Assembly (NCBI RefSeq): GCF_006345805.1 | Contig: NC_043002.1 | Coordinates: 65,844,001 to 65,908,000, forward strand | Source: Octopus sinensis | Lineage: Eukaryota | Length of the DNA stretch: 64,000 nucleotides | Direction of reading: 5' to 3' | In this document: piece by piece, positions 22,501 to 34,848 of the stretch | How the letters are laid out: every line of letters starts with the position of its first letter | Position numbering within the stretch: position 1 is the first letter of the stretch | Program-made: the position numbers and the translations under genes | Notes under the pieces: generated by a model | What the model was told of the DNA's origin: nothing | What the model saw: only the letters and a program-made list of their open reading frames with translations | Database searches by the model: none

Positions 22501-23094
22501 TGCACTCTCGTTTAAACGGTAATGTATACAAATTTTTAAGGTCAGTGAATTATTTCTGTCTGCTTGAGTGTATGTCAATGTATGTACATATATGCATATA
22601 TGTATATTCTATATATATCTGTGTATGTGTGTATGTGTGTAAATGCATGCATAACCTCTGTGAATGCATGCGAACTCGGTGTGTAATTGCGTCTGTATTC
22701 GTGTTAGCGATTACACACGCCAGAAAGCATGCGGAGACGTATTACTTTGAAGAGAAGTGACTAAATATCCGCACGCATGCGCGAATACACTCTGACACGT
22801 GTTGGTCTATGAACATACAAAGACACACACACGCATACATACACACACAAATTCACACACACATACACACACGTATATATACCTATGTATATACATATAT
22901 ACATAGACATGTTTATATATATATATATGAATATATATAGGTATATGTATATAAATATATATATATATGTATATACATATAATATATATATGTATATACA
23001 TATATGTATATACATATATGTATATACATATATGCAATATATGCATACGTATACATATATACATATGTATATATATATGTATGTATGTGTGAAT

Positions 23095-23187
23095 GTAGGT
23101 AGGTAGGTAGTTAGGTAGGTAGGTAGGTAGTAGGTAGGTAGGTAGGTAGGTAGGTAGGTAGGTAGGTAGGTAGGTAGGTAGGTAGGT
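23095..23187. repeat. (TAGG)n microsatellite
   Basis: Direct reading. Confidence 0.95.
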
Positions 23188-23423
23188 GCAAATACACATA
23201 TACATATGCTTACGTACGTTTATACTCTAACAAATACACACATTGAAACACACGTGTTTGTTTATCTAGGTGTTAATTTTTGCTTTCGTCTTATTCCTTT
23301 GTCTTCACTTTCACACGTTCTTGTTTTAATTATACTTTGTGTCTGTGTCTACAGACTCAATACAACAATGGCGATGGATGGGAGAATCTGCAAGATAGCG
23401 GTTAGAATGTTGTTTAGTGATAG

Positions 23424-23868
23424 CTAAGGGGCTAAACATAGTGGGGTTAAACATAGAGGGGCTAAACATAGAGGGGGTTTAACACAGAGAGGACAAACAA
23501 GGACAGACAAACGGATTAACTCGATTATATCGACCCCAGTGCGCGACTGGTATTTGATTTATCGACCCCGAAAGGATGAAAGGTAAAGTCGACCTCGGCG
23601 GAATTTGAACTCACAACGTAACGGCAGACAAAATACCTATTTCTTTACTACCCACAAGGGGGCTAAACACAGAGAGGACAAACAAGGACAGGCAGACGGA
23701 TTAAGTCGATTATATCGACCCCAGTGCGTAACTGGTACTTAATTTATCGACCCCGAAAGGATGAAAGGCAAAGTCGACCTCGGCAGAATTTGAACTCAGA
23801 ACGCAACGGCAGACGAAATGCGGCTACGCATTTCGCTCAGCGTGCTAACGTTTCTGCCAGCTCGCCGC
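23424..23868 (-). mobile_element. SINE family B (dimeric tRNA-derived)
   Basis: Head ggcggcgagctggcagaaacgttagc; two arms, each gttctgagttcaaatt..gaggtcgactttgcctttcatcctttcggggtcgataaa. Confidence 0.9.
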
Positions 23869-24258
23869 CAGAGTATTTTCTAAGAATTTTCTCCATTCGA
23901 GTAATATCAAAGTAATATCTAAGTATTTTCTTGTGCATTCTGAGTTCGAGTCCCTCAGGCGTCTACTCGTTTTTGTATCCCATCAAGGTAAATAATATTG
24001 GATCTAAATTTTGGCACAAAGCCGGCAAGTTCGGTGGAGGAGGTTCGTCGATTACATTGTCCCCGTGTAGCTAATATTATTTCAAATTTTGGCACAATGC
24101 CAACAATTTTGGTGGCTGGCCTATTACATCGACTGTCACACTTTGCCTGGTGCCTTATTTGATCGACCTCGAATGGATAAAATGTAAAGTTGACCTCAGC
24201 AAGATTTGAACTCAGAAGATAAAGATTCGGAAGAAATGTTGCTAAACACTTTCTCCAA

Positions 24259-24550
24259 CCATCCGGAGTATTCGAGCGGTTCCAAGCTGTGCTGTTTTCT
24301 GCAAGTGCTCCACCCTAATTGCAGTCCCTATTTGTTCCACGTACTTCTCGAGCTTTTTCTTACTGTTCCCAGGGCTCCGACAATTATTGGTACTACTGCT
24401 ACCTTTTTCATCGACCACAACTGCTTAACTTTCCAAGCTAACCTGTCATATCTCTCGACTTTTCTTTCTTCCTTATCGCATTGTCAGCTAAGCATGCTTT
24501 ATCTATGATCCAGTATAATTTATCTTTCCCAATTAAGACTATGTCTGGCT
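24259..24550 (-). mobile_element. R4/Dong-type RLE fragment
   Basis: KPDIVLIGKDKLYWIIDKAC..VAVVPIIVGALG..HLQKTAQLGTARILRMV; 5' end fused to (AAT)n. Confidence 0.75.
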
Positions 24551-24575
24551 TATTATTATTATTATTATTATTATT

Positions 24576-25110
24576 AAGGCGGCGAGCTGACAGAAACTTT
24601 AGCACGCCGGGCGAAATACGTAGCCGTATTTCGTCTGCCGCTACGTTCTGAGTTTCATCCTTTCGGGGTCGATAAATTAAGTACCAGTTACGCACTGGGG
24701 TCGATGTAATCGACTTAATCCGTTTGTCTGTCCTTTTTTGTCCCCTCTGTGTTTAGCCCCTTGTGGGTAGTAAAGAAATGGGTATTTCGTCTGTCGTTAC
24801 ATTCTGAGTTCAAATTCCTCCGTGTTCGACTTTGGCTTTCATCCTTTCGGGGTCGATAAATTAAGTACCAGTTGCGTACTGAAGTCAATGTAATCGACTC
24901 ATTCCCACCCCAAAAATTGCTGCCCTTGTGACAAAATGCTTAGCAATATTTCGTCCGTCTTTACGTTCTGAGTTCAAATTCCGTCGAAGTCGACTTTACC
25001 TTTCATCCTTTTGAGATCGATAATTAAGTACCAGTTATGCATTGAGGTCGATGTAATTGACTTAACTCCTCTTCCGAACTTCCTGGCCTTGGGTAAAAAT
25101 TTGCAACCAA
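24576..25110 (+). mobile_element. SINE family B, three core arms in tandem
   Basis: Head at 24576, core repeated near 24640, 24800 and 24965. Confidence 0.85.
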
Positions 25111-25331
25111 TATTATCATAATTATTGAATTCATATTCCGCTGAGTTTGACTTGGCTCTTCATCCTTTTAATGGTTTGGGGAAGTACCAGTTGTGTATTG
25201 GGGTCGATGCAATACACAACACCTCCCACCCCCAGCATTTCAAGCCTCGTATTTATAGTAGAATGGATTATTATTATTACCATTAAGGCGGCGAACTTGT
25301 AGAGTTGGTAATGCTGCAGAGAAAAAACATA

Positions 25332-26632
25332 CGAGGGACGTTCAATAAGTAATGCCCCTAACCCACTTGCAATTGTTTGATCTAGCTGAAATTTTACATG
25401 TGCAATTATTTATATCTCTATAGATTAAGTGGCAAATTACAGCTCTGAACTAATTGTGGTTTCTGCTTTACAGGTGTTTGAACTGAGTCAAGTGTGAAAT
25501 GGAGCCTGTTGAATGTCGAGCAGTGATCCGGTTTTTGTATTTGAAAGGACGCACACCACGGGAGACTTTTGATGAAATGAAAGTAACTTATGGTGATGAT
25601 GCCTCATCATATGACCTGACCTTGTAAAACGCTGGCATCGTGAATTCAAACATGGTCGGAACCCTGTGGAAACAGCTCCCAGATCTGGTCGCCCCCCCCC
25701 CTTCTGCCATTGATGAGGCATCTGTCCGTCAAGTTGAGGCTGCCATTTTGGAAGATCGACGCATAACTATTCGCCAAATAGCCCATGAGGTCAAGATTAG
25801 TACCGGGTCTGTGGAAACTATCATTCATGACCATTTGCATATACAAAAGGTGTCTGCCAGATGGATCCCCAGGTTGCTCACACCTTTCCAGAAGCAAGAA
25901 CGCGTCGAGTGCTCGAGGATGAATTTGGAGATGTGCCAAGAAGATGAGTCAAAATTTTTCAAAAGACTGATTACACAGGATGAAACCTGGGTCCATCACT
26001 ATGATCCAGAGACCAAAGCCCAGTCAATGCAGTGGAAGCACCGTGACTCACCTCCTCCAAAGAAGGCAAGGGTGCAGCCCTCCGCTGACAAGGTCATGCT
26101 CACAGTCTTCTGGGACCAGGACGGAGTAGTGATGACAGATTTCCTGGCAAAGGGTACCACAATTACAAGAGCCTATTATGCTTCACTTTTGAGGAAATTA
26201 AGAGAAGCTATCAAAATCAAGAGGTGGGGCAAGATCAGCAAAGGCATCCTCCTCCTGCAGGACAACGCTCCGGTCCACAACTTGCGTGTCGCCAGATCAG
26301 AAGCACAGGCGTGCGGCTATGAGCTCTTCCCCCAACCCCCCTACTCTCCTGACCTTGCACCCTCTGATGTCACCTCTTCCCAGCCATGAAGTTGTTTTTG
26401 AAAGGAAAGCGTTTCCCAGATGATGCATCCTTGATTTCTGAAGTCACGTCGTGGTTGGGGGACCAAGCTGGAGTCTTCTACAAAAACGGTCTCCAGAGCT
26501 GCATCAAACGATGGGAGAAATACGTAACTCTGGGTGGTTCCTATGTAGAAAAAGACTAATACCTGTGCCAAGCTTCATTGCTTTACTGCTATGGGAAGTG
26601 GGTCAGGGGCATTACTTATTGAACGCCCCGCG
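25332..26632 (+). mobile_element. Full-length mariner transposon (1301 bp)
   Basis: ~38-bp TIRs cgagggacgttcaataagtaatgcccctaacccact / agtgggtcaggggcattacttattgaacgccccgcg; TA on both sides. Confidence 0.95.
25499..26559 (+). pseudogene. mariner DD34D transposase, frameshifted
   Basis: MEPVECRAVIRFL start; ARWIPRLL, ITQDETW, QDNAPVH-34aa-D in YSPDLAPSD; frameshifts near 25615, 25695 and 26370. Confidence 0.9.
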
Positions 26633-27700
26633 TAGTGATATTTCTTCCGGCTCTTTTCGTTCTAGGATCCAATAGCCCCCACTCGGGGGCCGATAAAGCA
26701 AAGGACCAGTTATTGGTTTCCTTTCTGTTCTCAAAATGGCTGACCTTGTACCAAAACTTGAAACAAATAGTGGAGAGGTTGGCAGTAGTGGTGGTAGTAG
26801 TAGTAGTGGTGGTGCTGACGTTTGTTCTGGTTCTGTTGTTGTTGATAGTAGATAGGTGTTGTTGGTGGTGGTGGTATGGTGGTGGTAGTGGTGGTGGTGG
26901 TGTTATTGTCCTTGTTGTGGTGTTGTTATCGTTATGACGGTGTTGTTGTTGTCTTGATGGTAGATAGGTGGTGGTAGTAGTGGTGATATGGTGGTGATAT
27001 GGTGGTGGTGGTGGTGGTGATGGTATTGTTCTTCTTGTAGCGGTGTTGTGGTGATGTTGTTGTTGTTGCAGTCGCCGTCGTCGTGATGGTAGTGGTGGTG
27101 GTGGTGGTGGTGTTCTTTCGAATGGCGGTAGTGCTAATTTTACCAGGGAGGAATGTGATGTTACGATGATGTGTGGTGTGGGAGGGAGGCTTGTTGTCGT
27201 CGTCGGGCCGTGATGGAGTTCCCGTTGGTCTCGGTGTTATTAATACTGATAATGAACTTGTTGGCAGTAGAGGTTGTGGCGGAGGTGAAAGTAATGGCGG
27301 CGGCAGTGACGGTGGTATCTGGAAGTAGAGGTGGAGAAAATGGACAGGTGAGAAAGGTGTGCGGAGATAATGAGCGAGTATAACGTAATGGGTGCGTCTT
27401 TAGTTTGCCGTGAAGCGAGGTGGGGGGTAAGGAAGTGTTATGGTTGTGTGTATGTTTTGTGTGTGAGTGTATGTATGCATGCGTGTGAGTGTGTGTGTGT
27501 GGGTGTGTATGTGTGAGTGTGTGTATGAATGTATGTATGCTTCTGTGTAAGTTTGTGTGCGTGCTTGTGTATATATGTATGTGTTTCTGTTGAGGATACA
27601 TTTGTGTGTGTGCGTTCATATATATATATGCATATGTGTAAGTATGTGTGCGTTTGTTTCGTCTGTAAATGTGGGCCTCTGTGTGCGTGCGTGTGTGCGT

Positions 27701-27860
27701 GTGCGCGTGCATGTATGCGTGTGCGCGTGCATGTATGCGTGTGCGCGTGCATGTATGCGTGTGCGCGTGCATGTATGCGTGTGCGCGTGCATGTATGCGT
27801 GTGCGCGTGCATGTATGCGTGTGCGCGTGCATGTATGCGTGTGCGCGTGCATGTATGCGT
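27701..27860. repeat. 20-bp minisatellite x8 perfect units
   Basis: gtgcgcgtgcatgtatgcgt repeated eight times; strictly alternating purine/pyrimidine. Confidence 0.95.
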
Positions 27861-28519
27861 GTGTGTGTGGTGGGTATGAGTGTGTGTGTGTGTGTAGACA
27901 GATGAATCATCGGTTTGTGACTCATGCCAACGATGTGTTGCATAAGTCAAGGTTTCTGTAGACTTTCAGGATAACGAACTGAACAACGAGGAACACAAGA
28001 ACTTGAGAGAAGGCAGTTAGGGAGAAAAAAAGAATGGTGGACGCATTCGTATACCAGTATGGGCATGTGTGTATACGCCTGCATACATTCGTATAAATAC
28101 AGAGAGTTTGTTTTGTAGATATATAGATAGAGAGAGAGAGAAACAGACAGAGATACACACACACAGATACACAGATACATACATACATACATACATACAT
28201 ACATACATACATACATACATACATACATACATACATACATACATACATACATGCATGTATGCATGCATACATACGAAAGGATGAGCCTATATGAGCAGAA
28301 GACTATTATGCATGGATATGTTAGTAGAAAGCTCCGTGTTGATAGTAACATCAATCATCAAAGCAGTCTATCATGGACCAATAGCCGGATTACTACCCTC
28401 CACTTTGAAGGATATGCGTTTGCAATCCAGCAACAGAAAATATCAACCAAGTACCTGATGCACAAAAGGGATATAGATGTCGAAAAAGCCGTAAAACGTG
28501 ACAACCAATGCAGACAACC

Positions 28520-28900
28520 TTGTTTGGTCCCTTGTGGGTAGTAAAGAAATAGGTATTTCGTCTGCAGCAGCGTTCTGAGTTCAAATTCCGCCGAGGTCGA
28601 CTTTGCCTCTCATACTTTCGGGGTCGATAAATCAAGTACCAGTTACGCACCGGGGTCGATGTAATCGTCTTAATCCGTTTGTGTCCTTGTTTGTTCTCTC
28701 CGTGCTTAGCCCCTTGTGGGTTGTAAAGAAATAGGTATTTTGTCTGCCGTTACGTTCTGAGTTCAAATTCCGCCAAGGTCGACTTTGCCCTTCATCCTTT
28801 CGGGGTCGATAAATTAAGTACCAGTTGCGTACTGAGGTCGATCTAATCGACTGGCCACCTCCCACAAAATTTCAGGCCTTGTGCCTTGAGTAGAAAAGAT
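28520..28900 (+). mobile_element. SINE family B, headless dimer
   Basis: Two core arms with linker and 3' ..ggccttgtgccttgagtagaaaag. Confidence 0.85.
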
Positions 28901-28904
28901 TATG

Positions 28905-29279
28905 TGGAGGAGCAATGGCCCAGTGGTTAGGGCAGCGGACACGCGGTCGTAGTATAGAGGTTTCGATTCCCAGACCGGGCGTTGTGAGTGTTTACTGAGC
29001 TAAAGCATCTAAAGCTCCATGAGGCTCCGGCAGGGGTGGTGGCGAACCCTGCTGTACTCTTTGACCACAACTTTCTCTCACTCTTCCTTTTTTTGTTGTA
29101 CCTGTATTTCAAAGGGCCAGCCGTGTCACACTCTGTCTCACGTTGAATCTTCCCGAAGGCTACGTTTAGTGTACACGTATCTGTGGAGTGCTCAGCTACT
29201 TGCACGTTAAGTTCACGAGCAGGCTGTTCCGTTGATCGGATCAACTGGAACCCCCGCCGTCGTAACCGACGGAGTGCCA
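28905..29279 (+). mobile_element. SINE family C-type element
   Basis: tRNA head tggcccagtggttagg..ggtttcgattccc; tail ..gtcgtaaccgacggagtgcc shared with 38359. Confidence 0.85.
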
Positions 29280-29390
29280 TGGAATGTACATTATAATAAT
29301 AGAAATTCATGAGAAATCGATTTTTTTTCTTTTGTTTCACCACTTTTGTTTGTCGGACAGAGAAGAGTCACAGTTATTTCCCTTTTACAG

Positions 29391-29471
29391 ATCGGAGACA
29401 AGAAGGAAGGAATTTAATCTCAGACCTCAGAGTTAGCCAGAATGCTTGCAACAGTGTGAACAACACTGAAA
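29391..29471 (+). CDS. Candidate exon, possibly a degenerate kinase subdomain I region
   Basis: Strong acceptor ttatttcccttttacag|; open phase-1 frame (D)RRQEGRNLISDLRVSQNACNSVNNTE; weak donor |gtacca. Confidence 0.25.
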
Positions 29472-29699
29472 GTACCAGAGATGTATAGTAGTGGTCTTAA
29501 GAGCGAGAGTTAAGTCTACCACTCAACAACTCAGAAAACAAATAGGCGAAGCAAATAACGCGGGTATTTTGTCCGATGGTTTGGTTACTTTGTAAACTCA
29601 CACGGGTTTATTTATTTATTTGTTAATCTGTTAATCCAATTTACATTGAATATTTTTTTATCGATTGCAATAAGTAAAGATTACAAAAAATGTTTGCAG

Positions 29700-29789
29700 A
29701 GGTTGCATTAAAAAATCCGATTGAGCACTTTGGCATCATTAGCTGATTTGGGAAAGTTGCTAGAAGATCAAGAAATAAAATATAAACAG
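29700..29789 (+). CDS. Candidate tyrosine-kinase exon (VAxK and alphaC region), one homopolymer frameshift
   Basis: tttgcag| ... cag|gtcagt; removing one A from the run at 29710-29715 gives VALKIRLSTLASLADLGKLLEDQEIKYKQ, resembling RTK VAVKMLKENAS.SEL.DLLSE..LKQ. Confidence 0.35.
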
Positions 29790-29947
29790 GTCAGTAATTA
29801 ATAAAAAAGAAAGAAACGTCCCTTGCATACAAGCAAGGCGGTCAAAGGCGTATATATTAAGTAAATCTCTTTAAGTCTGGAAGTATAAACTGTTACAAAT
29901 GTTATAAATACTTTAGGTCTGTAAAATAAAGTTTATAAAGTTTATAA

Positions 29948-30116
29948 GGTGTAGGAGCAGCTGTGTGGTAAGTAGCTTGCTTACCAACCACATAGTTCCG
30001 GGTTCAGTCCCACTGCGTGGCACCTTGGGCAAGTGTCTTCTGCTATAGCCTCGGGCCGACCAAAGCCTTGTGAGTGGATTTGGTAGACGGAAACTGAAAG
30101 AAGCCCGTCGTATATA

Positions 30117-30161
<45 letters not shown>

Positions 30162-30401
30162 TGTGTGGTGTGTGTGTGTGTTTGTGTGTCTGTGTTTGTC
30201 CCTCTAACATCGCTTGACAACCGATGCTGGTGTCTTTACGTCCCCGTAACTTAGCGGTTCGGCAAAAGCGACCGATAGAATAAGTACTAGGCTTACAAAG
30301 AATAAGTCCTGGAGTCGATTTGCTCGACTAAAGGCAGTGCTCCAGCATGGCCACAGTCAAATGACTGAAACAAATAAAAGAGTAAAAAGAGAGTAAGAGT
30401 A
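29948..30401 (+). mobile_element. SINE family A, full length
   Basis: Head, (TG)n core and tail ending in aaaagagt repeats. Confidence 0.9.
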
Positions 30402-31701
30402 AATTAGTTTGGTTCAGCAGAAGGTGGGTTTTAATGATTTTTTTTGAAAATTGACAGCGAAAAATATTTTTTGGGCTTTCGTGGTAAAATATTATTCCAT
30501 ATGTTAATACTTTTATAAATAAAGCTTTAGTTTATCGACCCCGAAAGAATAAAAGACAAAGCTACAAATCGGTGGGATTTGAACTCAGAGAGCAATGAAT
30601 ACAGTTTGTTCTTTGTTCTACCAATTCTGCAAGTACGTCGCCATTTTGACTTATGAACGTAACTTGAAGTCACAATTAAATTTTTTTTTTTAAATAAGGT
30701 CTTAGTGTGGGAGTGGGATTACATCGACCCCAGTGCTCAACCGATAATTATTTTATCGACACCAAAATGAAGAAAGGAAAAGTCGGCCTCGACAACCTTT
30801 GATCTCAGAACGAAAAGAAAAGGATGAGATGTCGTTAAGCATCTTTGTTCAGCCTGCTAAACACTCTGCCAACTCGTTACTTTTCCATTTTTTTTTTAAT
30901 GGTTTCTAATTTCGATACCAGGTCAGCAATATTTAGAGGAGAGATTTATGCGATATTTGTCGATCCCAATACTTGACCGATACTGTGTTTTACCGCCATC
31001 GAAAGGAAGAAGGCAAACTTGACGTTGGTTAGATGTGAAATCAGAAAGTAAAGAACACAAAAACATACACCAAAGCCATTTTGTTCTACGTACTAAAATT
31101 TTTGTCAATTCACCGTTCCCCAATACGTTTAAATAATAGAGATACACTAGTGAATTAAAAATGTGAAAAATACATTATCTTCAGTGAAGATAAGATGACA
31201 GCCAGACCGTTTGCTAAAGGTTCCAGCAGACGATAGGAAAGGGTGAATGTATGACGTCAACTTTGATCTTGCTCGTTTAGCAAGGTTTATAAAGCCGGAC
31301 GTTATGGCGGACACATCTGGAAATTATACATGTTGTTGTGGTTGTGTGTGCGTGTGAGCATGTGTGCGTGTGAGTGTGAATGCGTGTGCGTGCGTGTGTG
31401 TACGCCTGTGTATGTGTGTGTGTAAAAAACAGACGTAAGCCAGCATGCACATATACGCCGGCGCGCGTATGCACACACAGATGTATAGATATATACTTAT
31501 ATATATTTATATGTATGTATACATGTGTGTATATAGATAGATAAATAGATGCATACATACATACATATATATACACATACATAAATATATACATATATAT
31601 ATACATGGTATAGATAGATATACGTACATATATATATGATATAGATAGATAGATATACATATATCTATATATATTTATATATATATATATTTATATATAT
31701 T

Positions 31702-31735
<34 letters not shown>

Positions 31736-31830
31736 CAAGTATGTATGTTTCTAGAGCTATATATATATATATATATGTGTGCGTGTGTGTGCGTGCGTTT
31801 GTATGTATATATATATGTGTGTGTGTGTGA

Positions 31831-31903
<73 letters not shown>

Positions 31904-31964
31904 ACAAGTATGTATGTTTCTAGATCTATATATATATATGTGTGTGTGTGTGTGCGTTTGTATG

Positions 31965-32009
<45 letters not shown>

Positions 32010-32015
32010 ATGTAT

Positions 32016-32077
<62 letters not shown>

Positions 32078-33954
32078 TATATGCATAATACATAAGTTTA
32101 CACATGATTGTCTATCTACATACACGTAGGTATTTACATATGTCTACACACGTCTTGTGTCTGTGTTATATAATACTCCCATAATTTATTTACTTTAATC
32201 TTTGAACTGCACTGGGTTTGTGTGTCAGGCAAAGGTGGTGACGACAGAAGTGAGCAGCAGCAAGTGCAGCAGCAGCAGCAGCAATAGCAGCAGCAGAAGT
32301 AGTTGTAGAGTTAGAGGTGGTGGTGGTGGTGGTGGTTGAAATAGTGATGATTGTGGTGATGGTGGTGTGATGGTAATGGTGGAATTAATGTAGGGAGGAA
32401 AATTCAGGTGATGATTGCTGTAGGGGTGATGGCTACGTGTTTATGGCGAAGAATGTTGTATTGTTTGTGGTGGTGGTGGTGGTGGCTATGATGAGGATGT
32501 TGGTGTAGAATGGTAGTCATGGTTGGAGAGTGGTTAGAGATGGTGCAAATGCTGACAGGGAAACAGAAGTGGTTGTGGTGGAGGTGGCGGTGGAGGTGGC
32601 GGTGGAGGTGGAGGTGGTGAAGATGGTGGTTGTTGTGATGGGGACGAGGGTGGTGGCGCTGATGGGGACATTGAAGATGTTGTCCGGCTGGGGAGGAGAG
32701 TTATGATAGTGGTGGTAATTAGGATGCTGGTTATGATGAGAAGGAGGATGGGAAGGGAGTGTAGGGGGAGAATGGGAGGCGTAGAAGGAGGAGAGAGAAG
32801 GAAAGAGGTGATGGAATGCGTCGACTGGCGCAGCTCTTCAGACGCTGGCCATTTGGCGCAGCTGATTAGTGAAAGCACTTTTTGAGGCAGTAATATTCAC
32901 ATACAGACAGAGAGAGAGTAAGAGAGAGAGGGAAACATTCCAATATATTAATTAAACACAACTGTCATAAACACTTAACCTCCCTTCATCCATATAAAGA
33001 GAAATTTGCCTACACACATAGACAGAGAGAGGGGGAAGAGAACGAGAGAAACATTAAATGAGAGACATGAAAACGTCCGGTGTCAAATAAGTCAGCGTCT
33101 AATCAGCGACGCCAAATAGACGGCGTCAAAACGGTTGTGCCGAAAGGCTTTATAACTAAGAGGCAGAAGTTACAGAGGAATATTAAGGATGATGGTGGTA
33201 ATAATGCAGGGTCTCCAGACTGGACTACCAATAGTGGCCTGTGCACCCTTTCAGGACTGTAATTTCCTTTCTTTTTTAATTCAAGGTCCTAGCTTCTACT
33301 TTTTGAGCTGCTTTAAAAATCTCTGTAGGTAACAGTCCCAGCACTCTTTTTTAAATTTTATTTAAAACTTTCAGTTTAATAACATTTTAGTTAATCACTA
33401 AAATTATTAAACGAATAGAGGAAAATTTTCAGTAGATGTTCTGTGACAATTAACTACAGCAGCAGTCCTAGCATGAAGACACACGGCTCAAGTAAACCCA
33501 TCATGCAAGTCAATCCTGGATGATCATTCAGAAATGCAGGCGCTAAGTAAATTTCAGAAAAGGCATTCTCACTAGGAGATCCCATTCGCATAAATTCCTT
33601 TCATCCCATTGGAAATTCTTCCAGCATCGGATTAGCACCATCGCACTGTCTGGATTCAGATGGCGCATTCTTCGCTTTCGATCTTTCTTTCCCAACATTT
33701 AACGCTTTACGACACATACAATACCCCTTGCAAACACCATACACACAACACCTCTTTATTGATTCTACCTACCGTGAAGCAACTGCAGATATTTCCAAGA
33801 CTTACAATCAAAATCCCTTTTGGCTAAGAACTAAGCCTATTCTTCTACTTTCAACTTTTTTCGCTCTTCCTACCATTCTGCTCTTCATCGCACATAAAAC
33901 AACACCTCGGCATAGAAACACTTCTAACATGAACTTATGCCTCAAGGCGATGAA

Positions 33955-34150
33955 CTAGGAGAATCGTTAGCATGCCGGACAAAATGCTTAGCGGCATTTC
34001 GTCCGTCTTTACGTTTTCAGTTCAAATTCCGCCGAGGTCGACTTTGCTTTTCATCCTTTCGGGGTCGATAAATTAAGTACCAGTTGAGTACTGGGGGTCA
34101 GTGTAATCGACTTATCGAAATTGCTGGCCTTGTGTCAAAATTTGAAACCA
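33955..34150 (+). mobile_element. SINE family B monomer
   Basis: Head plus a single core arm. Confidence 0.85.
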
Positions 34151-34229
34151 ACATGAACATATATCAACAATCTACAAAAATATTGTAGACAGTATAAACC
34201 TTTATGAAAACAACTAACTGCTCGCTATA

Positions 34230-34848
34230 GGCGTAGAAGTGGCTGTGCGTAAGTAGCTTGCTTACCAACCACATGGTTCCGGGTTCAGTCCCACTGCGTG
34301 GCACCTTGGGCAAGTGTCTTCTACTATAGCTTCGGCCCGACCAAAGCCTTGTGAGTGGGTTTGGTAAATGGAAACTGAAAGAAGCCCGTCGTATATATGT
34401 CTATATATATGTGTGCGTGTATGTGCTGGTGTGCTTACGTCCCGTAACATAGCGGTTCGGCAAAAGAGACCAATGGAATACATACTAATTTTTGGGGGGG
34501 GGGCTAGTTGATTAGATCGACTCCAGTGCGCAACTGGTATTTAATTTATAGACCCCGAAAGGGTGAAAGGCAAAGTCGACCTCGGCGGAATTTGAACTCA
34601 GAACATAACGGCAGACGAAATGCCTATTTCTTTACTACCCACAAGGGGCTAAGCACAGAGAGGGCAAACAAGGACAGACAAACGGATTAAGTCGATTATA
34701 TCGACCCCAGTGCGTAACTGGTACTTATTTAATCGACCCCGAATAGATGAAAGGCAAAGTCGACCTCGGTGGAATTTGAACTCAGACCGTAGGTGAAATA
34801 CCGCTAAACGTTTCGCCAGGCGCGCTAACGTTTCTGCCAGCTCGCCGC
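34230..34848. mobile_element. SINE A (+, 34230-34478) joined tail-to-tail with SINE B dimer (-, 34490-34848)
   Basis: Family matches on opposite strands. Confidence 0.85.

Noticed and set aside
25612-25622. gacct-gacct duplication in mariner as an excision footprint
   Set aside because: Not at a TA site; a simple slippage duplication
28905-28975. tRNA-like sequences with A and B boxes
   Set aside because: They are SINE heads that continue into SINE bodies and lack a complete cloverleaf and acceptor stem
32534-32885. Pro-rich and Gly/Val-rich ORFs
   Set aside because: They arise from (GGT)n/(GGA)n low-complexity DNA with no splice or domain support
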